Assembly (NCBI GenBank): GCA_951406725.2
Contig: OX597820.1
Coordinates: 59,830,001-59,894,000, forward strand
Direction of reading: 5' to 3'
DNA length: 64,000 nucleotides
Origin: Octopus vulgaris
Taxonomy: Eukaryota
The position numbers and the translations under genes are program-made. The notes beneath the pieces were generated by a model. The model worked only from the letters and a program-made list of their open reading frames with translations, had not been told where the DNA came from and searched no databases. This document shows, in pieces, positions 1 to 14,134 of this stretch; position 1 is the first letter of the stretch; each line of letters begins with the position of its first letter.

Positions 1-51
1 TACATACATACATACATACATACATACATACATACATACATACATACATAC

Positions 52-245
52 ACACTGCCTAAATACCAATCTTGAGAAATTAGGCTTCTCAAAACTAGAA
101 AGGAGAAAGCTAATTGAAGGCTACAGATCCAGTCCATCACTGGAACTGTAATAATCTCTAAAACTTTCCAGAAGTTTGTCATTTAAATATGTATGAGCAT
201 GTCTAGATATGTAACTACATGCATGAGAATACATTATTATTCATA
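52..245 (+). mobile_element. 3' end of an RLE-type (R4/Dong-like) non-LTR retrotransposon, 5'-truncated, abutting (TACA)n
   Basis: Translates, with one frameshift, as HCLNTNLEKLGFSKLERRKLI/RLQIQSITGTVIISKTFQKFVI*. This is homologous to the fragment at 47577-47930. Confidence 0.55.
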
Positions 246-1139
246 CATACATATATACATCTGTTACCTTTTACTTCAGTCATGAAACTGCGGCCATACT
301 GGGGCAACACCTTGAAGAATTTTAGTCGAACGAATCGACCCCAGTACTTATTTTTTTAAAGCCTGGTACTTATTCTCTCGGCTTCTTTCCTATGTATATA
401 CAAACCTTGAAATCTAAACAGCAATCTGTTGAATATCTGTGAATGTGTAAAACAGAAAATTCAGTACAGGCGCACCCTCACAGGTTCTTGTGCACTTACA
501 GTTTGACCTTGGTGCTAAAGAGGTTCGCTTGCTAGAAGAACCGGCTAAATTTCCTGCAAATCACAACCTACATTGAAGCAGTTGGAACGGTCACGGCTGA
601 AACGCACAGTAAGGTTTGACCTGAGGCTACAAGAAAATATCACATCAATCTCTACGCACAACCCACATTTGTTTATGCTTACTAATACGATCGCACATTC
701 AATCACTTAACGACACACCAGAATACATATATATCAGCCTATATACCCTCATTCACATTCTGCATGCCATCCACACCTACTTGAGCATTCGTATACACAT
801 GTAAAGGCCTACACATACATACAGTTTACTCACACACCCACCAAGTCACTAACTCACAAACATAAACACAAAAACTTATATATATACACACGCATAGCAC
901 GCATTCAAACGTTTGTTTATTTACACATTTACCCATATATATGCACATATACACTCACGCACATATTTTCAGGCCGACACATATGTGCATATATATATAT
1001 ATATATATATATGCAAAGACAAGAACGCATACACATACACAAAGAAACATCAACAAAAGACATACAATACAGAAAGACCACACAGTGGAAGATACACACA
1101 TATTCACACATGTACACACACACAGATACGCATATATAT

Positions 1140-1284
<145 letters not shown>

Positions 1285-1351
1285 ACATATATATATATAT
1301 ACATATATATACGCGCACACAAATACGCAGGATACATACACATATATATAT

Positions 1352-1395
<44 letters not shown>

Positions 1396-1447
1396 CACAT
1401 ATATATACATATATATACATATATATACACGCACACAAATACAGGAT

Positions 1448-1494
<47 letters not shown>

Positions 1495-1575
1495 CAAATA
1501 TCTACAAAAAGACAAATGCACAAGCACACACAAACTCACACATACAGATGCACACGCACATACAAACACAAACAA

Positions 1576-1609
<34 letters not shown>

Positions 1610-1914
1610 CTAGTCGGTTGACTTTATCGTCGTAAATCTTATGTTATAAGAATGTTTTCAACACTTAGTTGTTAACGCGACTCTGTTGAAATGAAAGAAG
1701 TAATTTCAGTGTTGGGAATCTCTACGAAAAACTATATCATCCCATGGGTTATGGTGATAACACATATTCGTGTGTGGTTCTTTCTAATTACGTCACACAG
1801 CCACCCACTTCCGTTTCCGGTGCTTTACAAATGCAACTGAATGCATTTATACATTTCCGTCCTTTCTTTGTACTGCCTTTGCTTTTTGGGGTTTTTTTTC
1901 CCAATAAGTTATTC

Positions 1915-2303
1915 AGAGGGGGAGTGCTGTAAAGAAGCTCGCTTTGCGACCACATGAGTTCGGGATGAGTCCCATTGTGAGACACCTTGGATTCGTGTCT
2001 TCTAGTATAGTCCTAAGCTGACCAATGCCTTGTGAGTGAATTTGGTGGACCGATATTGTGCGGAAGCCAGTCATATACATATATTTATATACCTTTGTGT
2101 ATGTGAGTTTTTATGTCTGTGCTGCCATTCCAACGCTTTACAATCGGTATCGTTTGTGTAGTGGTTCGGCAAAAGCGACCGATTGAGTAAATACCAGTCT
2201 TTAAGAAGTAAGAACTGTGGTTGATTTGTTCGAGTAATAGCTTTCAAGTTGGTGCTCCAGCATGGCCACAGTCCAATAACTAAGTCAAGAGATAAAAAAT
2301 AAA
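1915..2303 (+). mobile_element. SINE family A, degenerate copy
   Basis: Matches the family consensus (ccttgtgagtgaatttggt...ggtgctccagcatggccacagtc). Confidence 0.75.
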
Positions 2304-2479
2304 ACAGGAGAATAGCAAGACCCCCACCTCGCTACTTCCGAGACGTTGGAATCCATTTCCCCTTCCAATTTGTGAAAATGATGTGGCAGATATTATTGAT
2401 GCTTGGCCTGAAAAGCTGGAAGTTCATATCTGTAGGGAAAAAAACTGAGAAGACAAAGCGACGAGGGATGCATTCGTTT

Positions 2480-3095
2480 CTGTTGCATAAGGTACACATG
2501 CAAATGAGTACATTTAAGCCAAGGAGCTACGCCTCCTATAGGATCCCCCGATCTCAACCAAATTTTACTCAAATCATATCTTTTCCAGTTAAGACGTTCG
2601 AGTCACTCAACTTCATTGTTGTCCAAAGAGAGAACTGCAGCCGTGAAATCTGATTAAGAAAAGAGGATCAGCTCTGTGGTACTTGTGAACATTATGGAGA
2701 GATTGGGCCCTCAGCAAAAGTATCAAACTGAAGCTTCGTAAAGCTTTAGTCTGGCCAGTAGCCATTATAAGGGAAAAGAAAGGTTATGCAGCTGAGGGTG
2801 TTTGAGATGATGTACTAGAGGAGAGCGTTGCAGATCCACTGGGTGACCCGTAAGACGAACAATTCAGTCCTCGAGGAGACAGAAGTTGAATGAAAGTGTG
2901 TTGATAGTCAGACAGCAAAACTACAATATTTTGCCGACGTTTTTAGGGCCCAGAAAATCTATGCCTGCTTCCTTTAAGGTTGAGATGTTGGAAAGCCTCG
3001 CAGGCGACGAAGATGAAGATGAAACAATGAAATCAAGGATTAGACAGGAAGAACTTCGATGGAACACTAGAAAATACTCTGTGACGAGGAACTGT
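2480..3095 (+). mobile_element. degenerate RTE-type LINE RT C-terminal fragment
   Basis: Remnant RVFEMMY*RRALQIHWVTRKTNNSVLE resembles the RTE motif FEMWCYRRMLRIPW..RKTN.SVL. It has stops and frameshifts. Confidence 0.6.
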
Positions 3096-3321
3096 AGCAG
3101 TATCCACCATTCTTTCGTTTGTTCGTTCGTTCGTTCGTTCGTTCGTTCGTTCCTTCCTTCATTCATTCATTCATTCATTTATTCATATATTCTACCTGAC
3201 GGAGAGAGAGTGATCACGACGGAATGCTTTTCTTTGATCATATTTCTTCTCTCTTAAAGAACCTCGGTTTAAAAAAATGAATTGCATACATGCATTTATT
3301 TACTTCGTTCGTCTGCTTGCC

Positions 3322-3381
<60 letters not shown>

Positions 3382-3575
3382 GCGCACGCGCGTAGTTATG
3401 CATCTATTAGAGACAAATCAGGTATGGTAGTAGTTAAAAAGGAAAAGTTGTTGTGCCCCGGCAGCTAGGCAAACTGACCCGTCCGTGACCCGTCCGTAGA
3501 CAGCACGAAACATTTACAGTGTATTTGATATTACCTCACATGAAACAAAAGCACAGGAATATAGAATCTCATAAT

Positions 3576-3959
3576 GGAAGCACTCCGTCGGTTACGACGA
3601 CGAGGGTTCCGGTTGATCCGAATCAACGGAACAGCCTGCTCGTGAAATTAACGTGTAAGTGGCTGAGCACTCCACAGACACGTGCACCCTTAACGTAGTT
3701 CTCGGGGATATTCAGCGTGACACAGAGAGTGACAAGGCCGGCCCTTTGAAATACAGGTACAACAGAAGCAGGAAGTAAGAGTGAGAGAAAGTTGTGGTGA
3801 AAGAGTACAGCAGGGATCACCACCATCCCCTGCCGGAGCGTCGTGGAGCTTTAGGTGTTTTCGCTCAATAAACACTCACAACGCCCGATCTGGGAATCGA
3901 AACCGCGATCCTATGACCGCGAGTCCGCTGCCCTAACCACTGGGCCATTGCGCCTCCAC
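3576..3959 (-). mobile_element. tRNA-derived SINE family C, full length with target-site duplication (TSD)
   Basis: Head GTGGAGGCGCAATGGCCCAGTGGTTAGG...GGTTTCGATTCC has A/B boxes. A 12-bp TSD gaatctcataat lies at 3564-3575 and 3960-3971. A near-identical copy is at 55937-56322. Confidence 0.9.
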
Positions 3960-3989
3960 GAATCTCATAATATTGTTTTGCATAAGGGT

Positions 3990-4600
3990 AAGGCAGCGAG
4001 CTGGCAGGTTCTTATTGCGCCGGACAAAATACAAAGTGGCATTTTCTTCCGTCTTTTTATGTTCAAATGCTGTCGAGGTCGACTTTACCTTTCATCCTTT
4101 TCGGAGTCTACAAAATAAGTACCAATTGAATCCTGGGGAACGACGTAATCGTCTTACCTCTTCGTCTAAAAATACTGGCTTGCTGCCAAAATTTGAAATC
4201 ATTAGGGAGGTGAGCTGGCGGAATCGGTAGAGCGTCAGAAAAAAATATTTCGCAGTATTTGTTCCGACTTTTAAAACAAAGCGACGAGCTGGTAGAGTCG
4301 TTAAAGTGTCGGACAAAAATACCTGGCGTAGTTCTTTCGACTCATTATGTTTTAAGTTCGGATTCTGCCGGGGTTAACTTTGCCTATCATACTTTTGTGG
4401 TCGATACAATAAGCACCAGTGTAATTACTTGTACTTATTATGCTTGATTATGCTGGTACTAGTAAGTACCATTGATTATGCTGGTACTAGTAAGTACCAT
4501 TGTAAATACTGGTACATAGATAAGTACTGGGGTCGATGTAATCGACTTGCCTCCTCTACCCTCAAAATTTCTGGCTCCATCCTAAAATTACAAAGAAATT
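3990..4600 (+). mobile_element. cluster of SINE family B heads and copies
   Basis: Repeated gcgagctggc(a/g)gaatcg...gaggtcgactttacctttcatcctt...taagtacca motifs. Confidence 0.7.
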
Positions 4601-5237
4601 ATTATTATTATTATTTCCATTTTCGTTTGTGAAAATATTTTCACAAAAATAATGAAAACGAAACTCGAATTGAAATTATCTTCGTTAATCCAGATCAACG
4701 CTTCAAAGGATGGTAAAATAGGGGAAATATATAAATAATAGTTGCTAACTGTTACTGTTGGTTGGGATATCACTACACTACTGTTTTACACCACCCACTA
4801 ATGTTTCCGCTGTTTACATTAAATGCACTCCTCCCCACAGAGACCGCTTTAAAAAAAAATCATAGTGTGAGAGAGGAATGAGATTTAATGAAGCTCAGCT
4901 TTTGTTGCCTTTGCTTGTATGTTTTGTGGGGTGAGGTTTTTGGAGTTGGATGATAGAGATCTGTTTCCGTCTCTCCCTTGTCTTTTTGTCATTCTTGGGT
5001 TGAGTTTCGAGTAAATACTGAATCAACACTATTAATGATATCGCTTACAACGGCAGTAACAACGATGGTACCTGTACCCAGCCGATTGAATCGCTTGACA
5101 ATATAACAACCGACTAACTCTCGCTTAAATCAAGTCTAACCGTCTTTAAAAATGAGCTATTTGAAAAAAAATTTTTTTTTAAGGTGGGATATAATCATGG
5201 CCGGAACGCCAACCGATAAATAAGAAAAAAATGTGAT

Positions 5238-5393
5238 TGGTGCAGGAGTGGCTGTGTGGTAAGAAGCTTGCTTCTAGATCACGTGGTTCAGTCCTACTGC
5301 GTGGCACCATGGGCAAGAGTCTTCTACTTTAGCTTCGGGCCGACCAAAGCCTTGCAAATGGATTTGGTAGAGAAAACTGGAAGAAATACTTTG

Positions 5394-5435
<42 letters not shown>

Positions 5436-6865
5436 CGTACACAGGGTGCGTAAGGTATTTGTGGACATACCTTTTTTGGGGTCATTGCTGCATTTTTGTT
5501 AACTCTGTATAATCTTTGTTTCAGAAAATAATAATGGCAGACCCTCAGATTACTCAAGGAATGAAGAGGCATGCTGTTATTGTGGTTATAAAGGCTGAGC
5601 ATAGCGATTTAGAAATATTTCGATTTTTAAAAGTTGCCAAATCTTTCGCCTACAAAGTTTGTAAGGAGCCAGAAACTGAAGATGGAAACGTAACACCGGT
5701 ATCAAAGCATAAAAACATTCTAAACGCTCTGAAATAATCAGAACACCTGCAGTTATCCAACAAGTTCAACAGACTATTGATTACAATCCCAGAAAGTCCA
5801 TGAGGTGAATTGCAAAAAATTTCCTTGTGTCAGAAAGAATAGTTAGAAATGTTGTCCGCGAAGACATCAGATATAAGTCTTGTATGATAAGAAAAGGTCA
5901 ATTTGTCAGAAAAAAAAACAAAAGAAAATCATTACATCAGATCTAAAAGGTTCTTAAACAAACTGAAAAATCCAGCAGAAAAAGATTTGATTTGGTTTTT
6001 CTCAAACGAGGAAAACTTTCATCAAGATCAAAAAGTTAACAGAAGAAATGACAGATGGTTATGTGCAGACCCTTCTGAAGTTCCAAGGGTTATGCGTACA
6101 AAATTTCCTGCTACTGTCATGGTTTTAGGGGTTGTCAGCAATGAAATAATTGTTAAGCCCTGGATAGACAGTGTATGCAATGGAAGGCCATATGTGCTTC
6201 AGTAAGGCTCTGTACTATCACACATGGCTCTAGTAACACAGGCACGGATGGCTGAAAATTTTCATGATAACACAACCCCTAACATTTGGCCTTCTAATCC
6301 CCAGATCTCAATCCACTGGACTAATACACGTGAAGCGTTGTTGAGAGTGAGGTCAATGAATACGCCTATAACACCAAAGATTCTTTGAAAGCTGCCATAG
6401 TCTGAGTAATGTGCAAAATGAACCAGGACCACTTGATTCGAACATGTAAATGATTTAGATCTCATATAGAAGCTGAAGGTGGCTTTATTGAATAACATTA
6501 TAGAAAAGAAGGTTTATTTTTATCGTCATGGCATTTTTTTATAAATGAAGTTATCTATTATTATATATCTGTTTTTATAAACATAAATCTGTCCTCAAAT
6601 ATCTTACGCATCCTGTATATATGTATGTTTATCTAGGTGTGTGTCTTTGTGTCTGTGTTTTTCCCCCTCCCACCGATCACCGCTTGACAACCAGTGTTGG
6701 TATGCTTACGTCCCTGTAAATTAGCGGTTCGGCAAAAGAGACCGACAGAATAAGTACTAGGTTTAAAATATAAGTCCTGGGGTCGATTCATTCGACCAAA
6801 AATTCAAGGCGGTGCCCCAGCATGGCCGCAGTCAAATGCCTGAATCAAATAAAAAATAAAAGATC
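5238..6865 (+). mobile_element. SINE family A copy split by a maT transposon (head about 5238-5390, tail about 6636-6865)
   Basis: The 5' half (gcaggagtggctgtgtggtaag...) and the 3' half (cgcttgacaaccagtgttgg...cagcatggccgcagtcaaatg) flank the DNA transposon. Confidence 0.85.
5442..6615 (+). mobile_element. decayed Tc1/mariner-superfamily transposon, maT (DD37D) type
   Basis: Terminal inverted repeats (TIRs) cagggtgcgtaaggtatttgtggaca / tgtcctcaaatatcttacgcatcctg+TA. Remnants WFFSNEENF, VMVLGVVS and Q*GSVLSH...WPSN(S)PDLNPLD. After repairing a frameshift there are 37 residues between the second (mutated) and third D positions. Confidence 0.85.
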
Positions 6866-7120
6866 ATAAAACAAGAGCGAAATGCAGATGAACCCAAATG
6901 TTAAATGATCTCAAAACCGTAGACCCCACACAAAAGAAACAGTATGAAAGGACATTTGTAAAGATCAGAACAGCTTCAATAAAAAAATGCAGAGCTTCCT
7001 ACAGCTCCTGCATTCGAGACAGTACTAATACTACTCTCATCAACATCCTCAACCACATCCAGCTGATGAAGTGATTCTGACTGATTGTTATGGAGTGGTT
7101 CACAAACACACTTCAGCCTA

Positions 7121-8398
7121 TTAGGTTGAGTAAAAAGTAAGCAACGTTTTGAACCATGAAGAATTTGTACCGGATTTTTGCAGAGTTTTGAATTTTTAAA
7201 AAAACTCTTCTCTATAATTGTCTGATAATAGACATAGACATGTCCAAATGCATCAATAAATTAACATTGATTTTTTTTCACCATTGTTACAATCATCTGA
7301 AATAGAACTGTCAAGGCGCGATATTCGAGCAATTTTGTTATTCAACTTTAAAAAAAGGACGTAAAGCTGCTGAAACCGCTCGCAATATCAATGAAACGCT
7401 TGGGCGGAAATGACCAGTGAGTGGTCAGCTCGAAAATGGTTTAAGCGATTTCGCAGGAGAAACCTGAGCCTTGAAGGTCGTTAGCGTAGTTGACGCCTAT
7501 CTGTCGTCGATGACGGTCAATTAAAGACTGTCATTGAGAAAGATCCACGTAAAAATCACTCGAGAACTGGCAAAGTTTGCCAGAAAACTGCCTGCAACTA
7601 TTTGCATGCGATCGGAAAATCAAAAAGGTTCGACAAATGGGTTCCACACTATTTGAAGGAAAATCAGAAAATGCGCAGATATGAAATTTGCTCGTCACTT
7701 CTTCTCTGTAACCAGACCGATCTATTTCTCTGCTGTATGGTAACTTGCAATGAAAAGTGAATTTTGTACAATAATTTAAAAAATACGTTCTTTGCAGTTG
7801 TTTGTCCAAAATGAAGCACTGAAACCCTTCCCTAAACCCGAGTTCTTCAAAAAGAAGGCTATGGTAACTGTTTGGTGGTGTACTGCTGAACTCATTCGCT
7901 ATAACTTCTTAAAACAGGGAAAAACCATTACTGCAGAAACATATTGCCATGAAATTGCCAAAATGAACGAAAAATTGCTACTCCTCCGTCCTAGACTGAT
8001 CAACAGAAGAGGGCCAATCATTCTTCATGACAATGCTCAACCACATGTTTCACTAATGACGCTCCAGAAGTTGAGGGAACTTGGCTACAAAGTTCTTCCC
8101 CACCCAGCTTATTCTCCAGACCTTTCTTCTACCGACTACCACTTTTTCAAGCACTTTGATTGCTTCCTGCGAGAGGAGTTCAAAAATCAAACTGATGCTG
8201 AAAGTGTGTTCAAAGAGTTCATCAGCTCCAGAACTCCAGATTTTTATGTTACTGCAATAAACAAACTTGTAATTCGTTGGCAAAAATGTGTTGATTGTAA
8301 TGGTACTTACTTTGATGAATAAAATTTCTGCATTGTTAAAAATATATTGTGATGAATTTAAATGTTTCAAAACGTTGCTTACTTTTTACTCAGCCTGA
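7121..8398 (+). mobile_element. full-length mariner (DD34D) transposon, inactivated
   Basis: 33-bp TIRs ttaggttgagtaaaaagtaagcaacgttttgaa (2 mismatches), TA at both flanks, 1278 bp long. Confidence 0.95.
7280..8322 (+). pseudogene. mariner transposase pseudogene; the C-terminal part 7792-8322 is open
   Basis: KAMVTVWW, LHDNAQPH and HPAYSPDLSSTDYHFF motifs. The upstream part (WVPH remnant) has stops and frameshifts. Confidence 0.9.
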
Positions 8399-9069
8399 TA
8401 TATTCTCTCTGTCTTTTCTATCACTTCTGTGGTAGACACTGTTCCTAAGAGCTGACTGGTTTCCTGCCGATTCACTCGTCTCCTCTTTTATTACCTATAC
8501 TGCGCCCACCACCCTATTCATCCACATTAACCACTACATTTAGTTCCTTCTCTCCAGTATGTAAGAATAAAAATGGCATCTGCAGTCGTGATGCGGTAGT
8601 TGAATCATAGCAAAGCAAATTCCTTTTGTTACTGGCAACGTAAATTGCTTGTAAATTCTGTTTCCTTGGGTGTTGTTTGGTGCATCTTTTATCTTCAATC
8701 TTCCAGAGTTCTTCTCCAGAGACATCACACTGGTTGTCTTCCACATCCAAACAACTAACAGTATTAACCTGTCCTTGATTTTTGTAACACACGGCTTTGA
8801 AACGAAAGAATTATAAAACAATCAGATCGCACAGCCTGCTAGAAATAACAGCTGAATCTCCTTCACATCACGCCGACCGGACGATTCAAATAGGAAAAGA
8901 AAGAGAAATCTGAAAAAAAAAAGAAAAAGAAAAAAGAAGAAAGACAGGATAGTTTTAGCTGGAACATTTTCGAATGGAGGTATGCTCAAACAGAGTTGCT
9001 ACGAGGCTATAAAGCAATAGCAATAACTACAACAAAGCAGTAGCGATGAATGATAAGATAGAACGTCTA

Positions 9070-9507
9070 CACTGGTTTCAAATTTTGGCACAAGGCCAGC
9101 AATTTCGGGGAAGTGGGTTAGTCGATTACATTGACATCAGTGCTCAACTGGTACTTATTTTATCGACTCTGAAAGGATGAAAGGCGAAGTCGATCCTCGG
9201 TAAAATTTAAACTCAGAATGTAAAGACGGACGAAATGCCGCTAGCGATTCTTATTTCTTTACTGCCCAAAAGGGGCCACACACAGAGGGGACAAACAAGG
9301 ACAGACAAACGGATTAAGTCGATTATATCGACTCCAGTGCGTAACTGGTACATATTTAATCGACCCCGAAAGGATGAAAGGTAAAGTCGACCTCGGCGGA
9401 ATTTGAACTCAGAACGTAGTGGCAGACGAAATACCGCTAAGCATTTCGCCCAGCATGTTAACGATTCTGCCAGCTCGCCGCTAGCGATTCTGCCAGTTTG
9501 CCGCCTT
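9070..9507 (-). mobile_element. SINE family B copy with a second family B copy nested inside it
   Basis: Direct repeat gccgctagcgattct at 9237-9251 and 9477-9491 brackets the inner copy. Confidence 0.8.
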
Positions 9508-10469
9508 AAAGAGAAAGTCTATATTAATATTTGTTATGAGTGACAGAGGCAGTATTAGTTCAAAATAGCAATCTGTGTAACATACTTAAAGAAGATGCAT
9601 TGTTGAAAGCCTAATAAACTGCGGTCTCTAAATAATATCTATTCTGGACATATAGAGTACAAAAAAAAAAAAAAAAACACAGAAATATATCAACAGGAAA
9701 CGAAAACCGTCCAGCAGCAGTAGTGGCATTGCTAAATACGTATATATCCACTGGCAAACGTATTCTAAGATAAAATCTACCACCACCGATATAGTAAAAC
9801 AATGACTGAAAAAAATTACTGATGTCGCAGACAACTTCAAATAACTGAACGAACAGGATGCTGTTTAAGCATCAACTAGGTGGAGGTTAGAATTCCATCT
9901 TGACTTTACATATGCCTGCGGTCAAGATACCTTACTCTCAACGTTGTAGTCCTTTAAGAAGGAACCTTCTTATCGGAAGGAAGAGTACCCAAGAAGGCAC
10001 CATTAGATGGTTCAGCCTCTTCTGGTCTGCTGGTCTGCACTGCTTTCTCTTAATGATTTCAACCGATCTTTGCCGACTTTCTTTGACTTTCGGCGATTTA
10101 AAACAAATTTACTTTCCTTTACTGACTGCTGCAAATTTCTGTTCATTTCAAAATGTCTCATGTCATCCCCACAACTCAATTGAGTTCGCTCTATCTTTAC
10201 TGGTATTTACCGAACGATGGTATTTACTCCTAGTTGGTACTTACTCGAAGTTGTTTTCTACTCAAAGCTGATAGTCGGTCTTTCTTGAACGTGGCAACCG
10301 ATCTTTGCCATCATCGCAACAACTACGCCATTATTTTTTCTCTCTCTTCATTTGATAAACTATTTCGTGCTGGACTGCATAGTGTGGTCCTCAATTAGAC
10401 AGATGTTTGGAATATCTGGAGCATTTGCCTGAATATTTGCGTGCCAAATATCTCTTTATCTTTTTTTTA

Positions 10470-10661
10470 AACTTTTATTTCCTTCAGTCATTGGACTGTG
10501 GCCATACTGAGGCACTAATCGAAAAAAATCAACACCAGTCCTTAGTTTTTAAAGTCTGAATCTTATCCTATCAGGCTCTTTTGTCGAACCGCTTGAATCG
10601 AGAACACAAAAAAAAAATGAATACCGGTTATCAAGCGAGGTTTTTATTATTATTATTATTG

Positions 10662-10738
<77 letters not shown>

Positions 10739-10940
10739 TTGGTGAGTGGTGGGGTGCAAAGACAAACATATATTTATATGTGGATATGACTGCTTCCATA
10801 CAGTTTCCGTCGCCCGAATTCATTCACAGAGCATTGCTCAGTCTGGAGCTATTGTAGAAGACACTTGCCCAAAATGCCGGGCAGTGGGATTGAACTCGAA
10901 TTCACGTGGTTGCCAAGCGCGCTTCTTAACCACACAGCTA
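10470..10940 (-). mobile_element. SINE family A, degenerate, with an internal (TTA)n at about 10645-10738
   Basis: Reverse match to the family consensus. Confidence 0.7.
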
Positions 10941-11043
10941 TTTTTTAATTCTTAGCCAAGGCAAGAGAGGTGGTGACCGTGGGTTTTATAAATCTTCATA
11001 ACCAGATAAGAATACGATTTTTGCATCTGAAACACAACTTGAA

Positions 11044-11216
11044 CAGTAGTGGCTGTGTGGTAAGTAGCTTGCTTACCAACCACATGGTTCCGGGTTCAGT
11101 CCCACTGCGTGGTACCTTGGGCAACTGTCTTCTACTATAGCCTCGGGCCGACCAAAGCCTTGTGAGTAGATTTGGTAGACGGAAACTGAAAGAAGCCCGT
11201 CGTATATATGTATATG

Positions 11217-11260
<44 letters not shown>

Positions 11261-11466
11261 TGTGTCTGTGTTTGTCCCCCCAATATCGCTTGACAACCGA
11301 TGCTGGTGTGTTTACGTCCTCGTAACTTAGCGGTTCGGCAAAAGACACCGATACAATAAGTACTACACGCTTACAAAGAATAAGTCCTGGGGTCGATTTG
11401 CTCGGCTAAAGGCGGTGCTCCAGCATGGCCGCAGTCAAATGACTGAAACAAGTAAAAGAGTAAGAG
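11044..11466 (+). mobile_element. SINE family A (tRNA-like head, CORE-like ccttgggcaa block, internal microsatellite slot)
   Basis: gtggctgtgtggtaagtagc...gggttcagtccc (A/B-box-like), ending in the tail gactgaaacaagtaaaagag. Confidence 0.9.
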
Positions 11467-11932
11467 TATTCAAAAGTTAAGAATGCCTGCATAAAGTACA
11501 TGGGCATAGAGGGTGTCTCGGAGTTGAGAAGAAAATGCTAGTAACAACATGAATTTCGTTAAAGGAACCTAAAGACCAACAGCTGGTGTCCAACTAGGTG
11601 ATATATTAAATATACCACTCTAAATGCTGATCTGGGGGGGCTACGGACAACTATGGAATCTGTATGCGGTTGTTCGAAATGCTAGAAATAGCAGCCAAAT
11701 ATCTATCAAATCAAAATCTAGCGTCTTTAAGAAATAGATCTATGATATACATGTGTATTTTAACGCATTTATGAACTTGTTTTTACACACAAACATAGCC
11801 ACAGACACAGATACACACAAACACACGCATTCATATACAGAAATACTTATACGCATAAATTCACCAACACATATATGCACATACGCACACATGCACGGAC
11901 ATATTCACTCACTTGTACGTACGTACGTATGT

Positions 11933-11977
<45 letters not shown>

Positions 11978-12369
11978 CACACACATACACATATACACAT
12001 TATTTGCACACGTATACACATATTCTACGTGGATATACACATATGTAAATAAATGTTGGGAAAAACGAATGCTCCTGTGTGGTTGTGTTTGAGTTCATAA
12101 CATAGAAAGAAAGAGAGAAGGAAAGAGAGAGAGAGAGAGAGAGTGTGTGTGAGAGAGAAAAAGAGAGCGAATGAGAGAGGGAGAGGGAGAGAGAGAGAGA
12201 GAGCTTATTTAGGTTTGGTGGCAATGTTCTAGACAAAACACAGGTCATATTACCAAAAACGTGGTAGAAGTCTCTGTGCATTGAGCAACTTTTCTTCTCA
12301 ATGGCACCATATGGAATGTTCTAGTAATCTTGGAGATCTGATTTACTTACAATCACTTTTCCCAGGCGT

Positions 12370-13009
12370 GGCGGTTGGTTGGTAGTGGTGGTCGTCATGT
12401 GGAGGTGTTGGTGGTCGAGTTGGTAGGGGTTGATATGATAGTAATGCTAGTGTCTGTAGTGGTGGTCGTGGTGGTGGTGGTAGTAGTGTTTGGTGGTCGT
12501 CGTGGTAGTGGTGGTGGTGGGTTAATATGACAGTAATGGTAGTGTCTGGTGATGGCTGTGGTGTTTGCTGGTGTTTGGTGGTAGTGAAGGTGGTGGTGGT
12601 GGTGGTGATTAGTGGTGATGGTGGTTGTGGTGGTGGTGGTGGTAGTGGTGGTGGGTATTGATATGATAGTAATAGTAATGGTGATGTTTGGTTGTGATGG
12701 CGGTGATAGTGGTAGTGGTAGAAATGGTGATGGTGATGGTGATGGTATTTGGGGTGGGTTAGATTGGGTTGGGGTGGGGTGGGCGCCTTCAGGTTACTAT
12801 TGACGATATTGGCCTGACTATTGTTTTTTGACCGCTAATCGATGTTGGTGGTCAGTCGATTACATGTTGCAGTGCTGATCATGGTTAAGATCTTGGTGGT
12901 AGTGGTGGTGGTAATGCTGATGAGGATGGGCAGTGAAATGGTAGTGCTGGCAGCTGCAGGTAATTGTAGTAGTGGTGGCGATGGTAAGACAAATTTTATG
13001 TGAACAAGT

Positions 13010-13087
<78 letters not shown>

Positions 13088-13111
13088 GGGGAGTAGCAGC
13101 AGCAGCAGTAA

Positions 13112-13185
<74 letters not shown>

Positions 13186-13280
13186 ATGATAACAGTGGTG
13201 ATTGTGAGTGGTCGTGGTAGTGGCGATCGTCGTGGTTGTTATTGTGGTGGTGGTGCTGATCATGGTAGTGGACTGGTGAT
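12370..13280. repeat. GGT-rich low-complexity region with (GTA)n tracts at about 13010-13185
   Basis: Direct reading. Confidence 0.9.
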
Positions 13281-13663
13281 GGGAACTGCGATTGTGACGT
13301 CACATGGTAGTGGTGTAGATTGTGAAATTTGGACGTGGAGTAAAGTCTCTCACCAAATTCCACCAATATCTGATCTCTGAATCTTTGAGTATCTTTAATA
13401 CCAAGAATGTACACCAACATCCACGAACGATATAAAGTTATTCGCATCACTGTTATCAGATGTTGACGTCCAATACCACTTTTCACTAGCACCACTACCA
13501 CCTACTGGCACCACAACCACTACCAGAACTACTACCAACACTACCACAACCAGCACTACAATCAATAGCAATAACGCTATAAATATGCTACTATATCACT
13601 TCTCACTATTGCGGCCAGTATTTGTCTATTATCTCTTTCTCTTTCTCTTTCTCTTTCTCTTTT

Positions 13664-13876
13664 CTCTTTTACTTGTTTCAGTCAGTTGACTGCGGCCATG
13701 CTGGAGCACCACCTTTAGTAGAGCAAATCGACCCCAGGACTTATTCTCTGTAAGCCTAGTACTTATTGTATCGCTCTGTTTCGCCGAACCGCTAAGTTAC
13801 GGGGGCGTAAACACACCAGCATCGGTTGTCAAGCGATGTTGGAGGGACAAACACAGACACACAAATATATAGACAC

Positions 13877-13945
<69 letters not shown>

Positions 13946-14113
13946 TATACGACGGGCAGCTTTCAGTTCCCGTCTACCAAATCCACTCACAAGGATTTGG
14001 TCGGCTCGAGTCTATAGTAGAAGACACTTGCCAAAGGTACCCCGCAGTGGGAATGAACCCGGAACCATGTGGTTAGAAAGCAAGCTACTTACCACACAGC
14101 CACTCCTGCACCT
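13664..14113 (-). mobile_element. SINE family A
   Basis: Reverse complement of the family consensus, with (TA)n in the internal slot. Confidence 0.9.
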
Positions 14114-14134
14114 ATCAATATAATTTATTAATAT

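Noticed and set aside
4437-4501. 28-bp direct repeats that could suggest a CRISPR array
   Set aside because: A spacerless tandem duplication inside a SINE in eukaryotic DNA.
12750-12783. G-run cluster capable of forming a G-quadruplex
   Set aside because: It is expected by chance within a GGT-rich low-complexity tract and has no functional context.
12835-13501. Poly-L/S/V/Y ORFs, and likewise poly-P/H/E/R ORFs at 18567-19172 and 36208-36703
   Set aside because: They are trinucleotide repeats open in several frames, with no recognisable domain or splice context.
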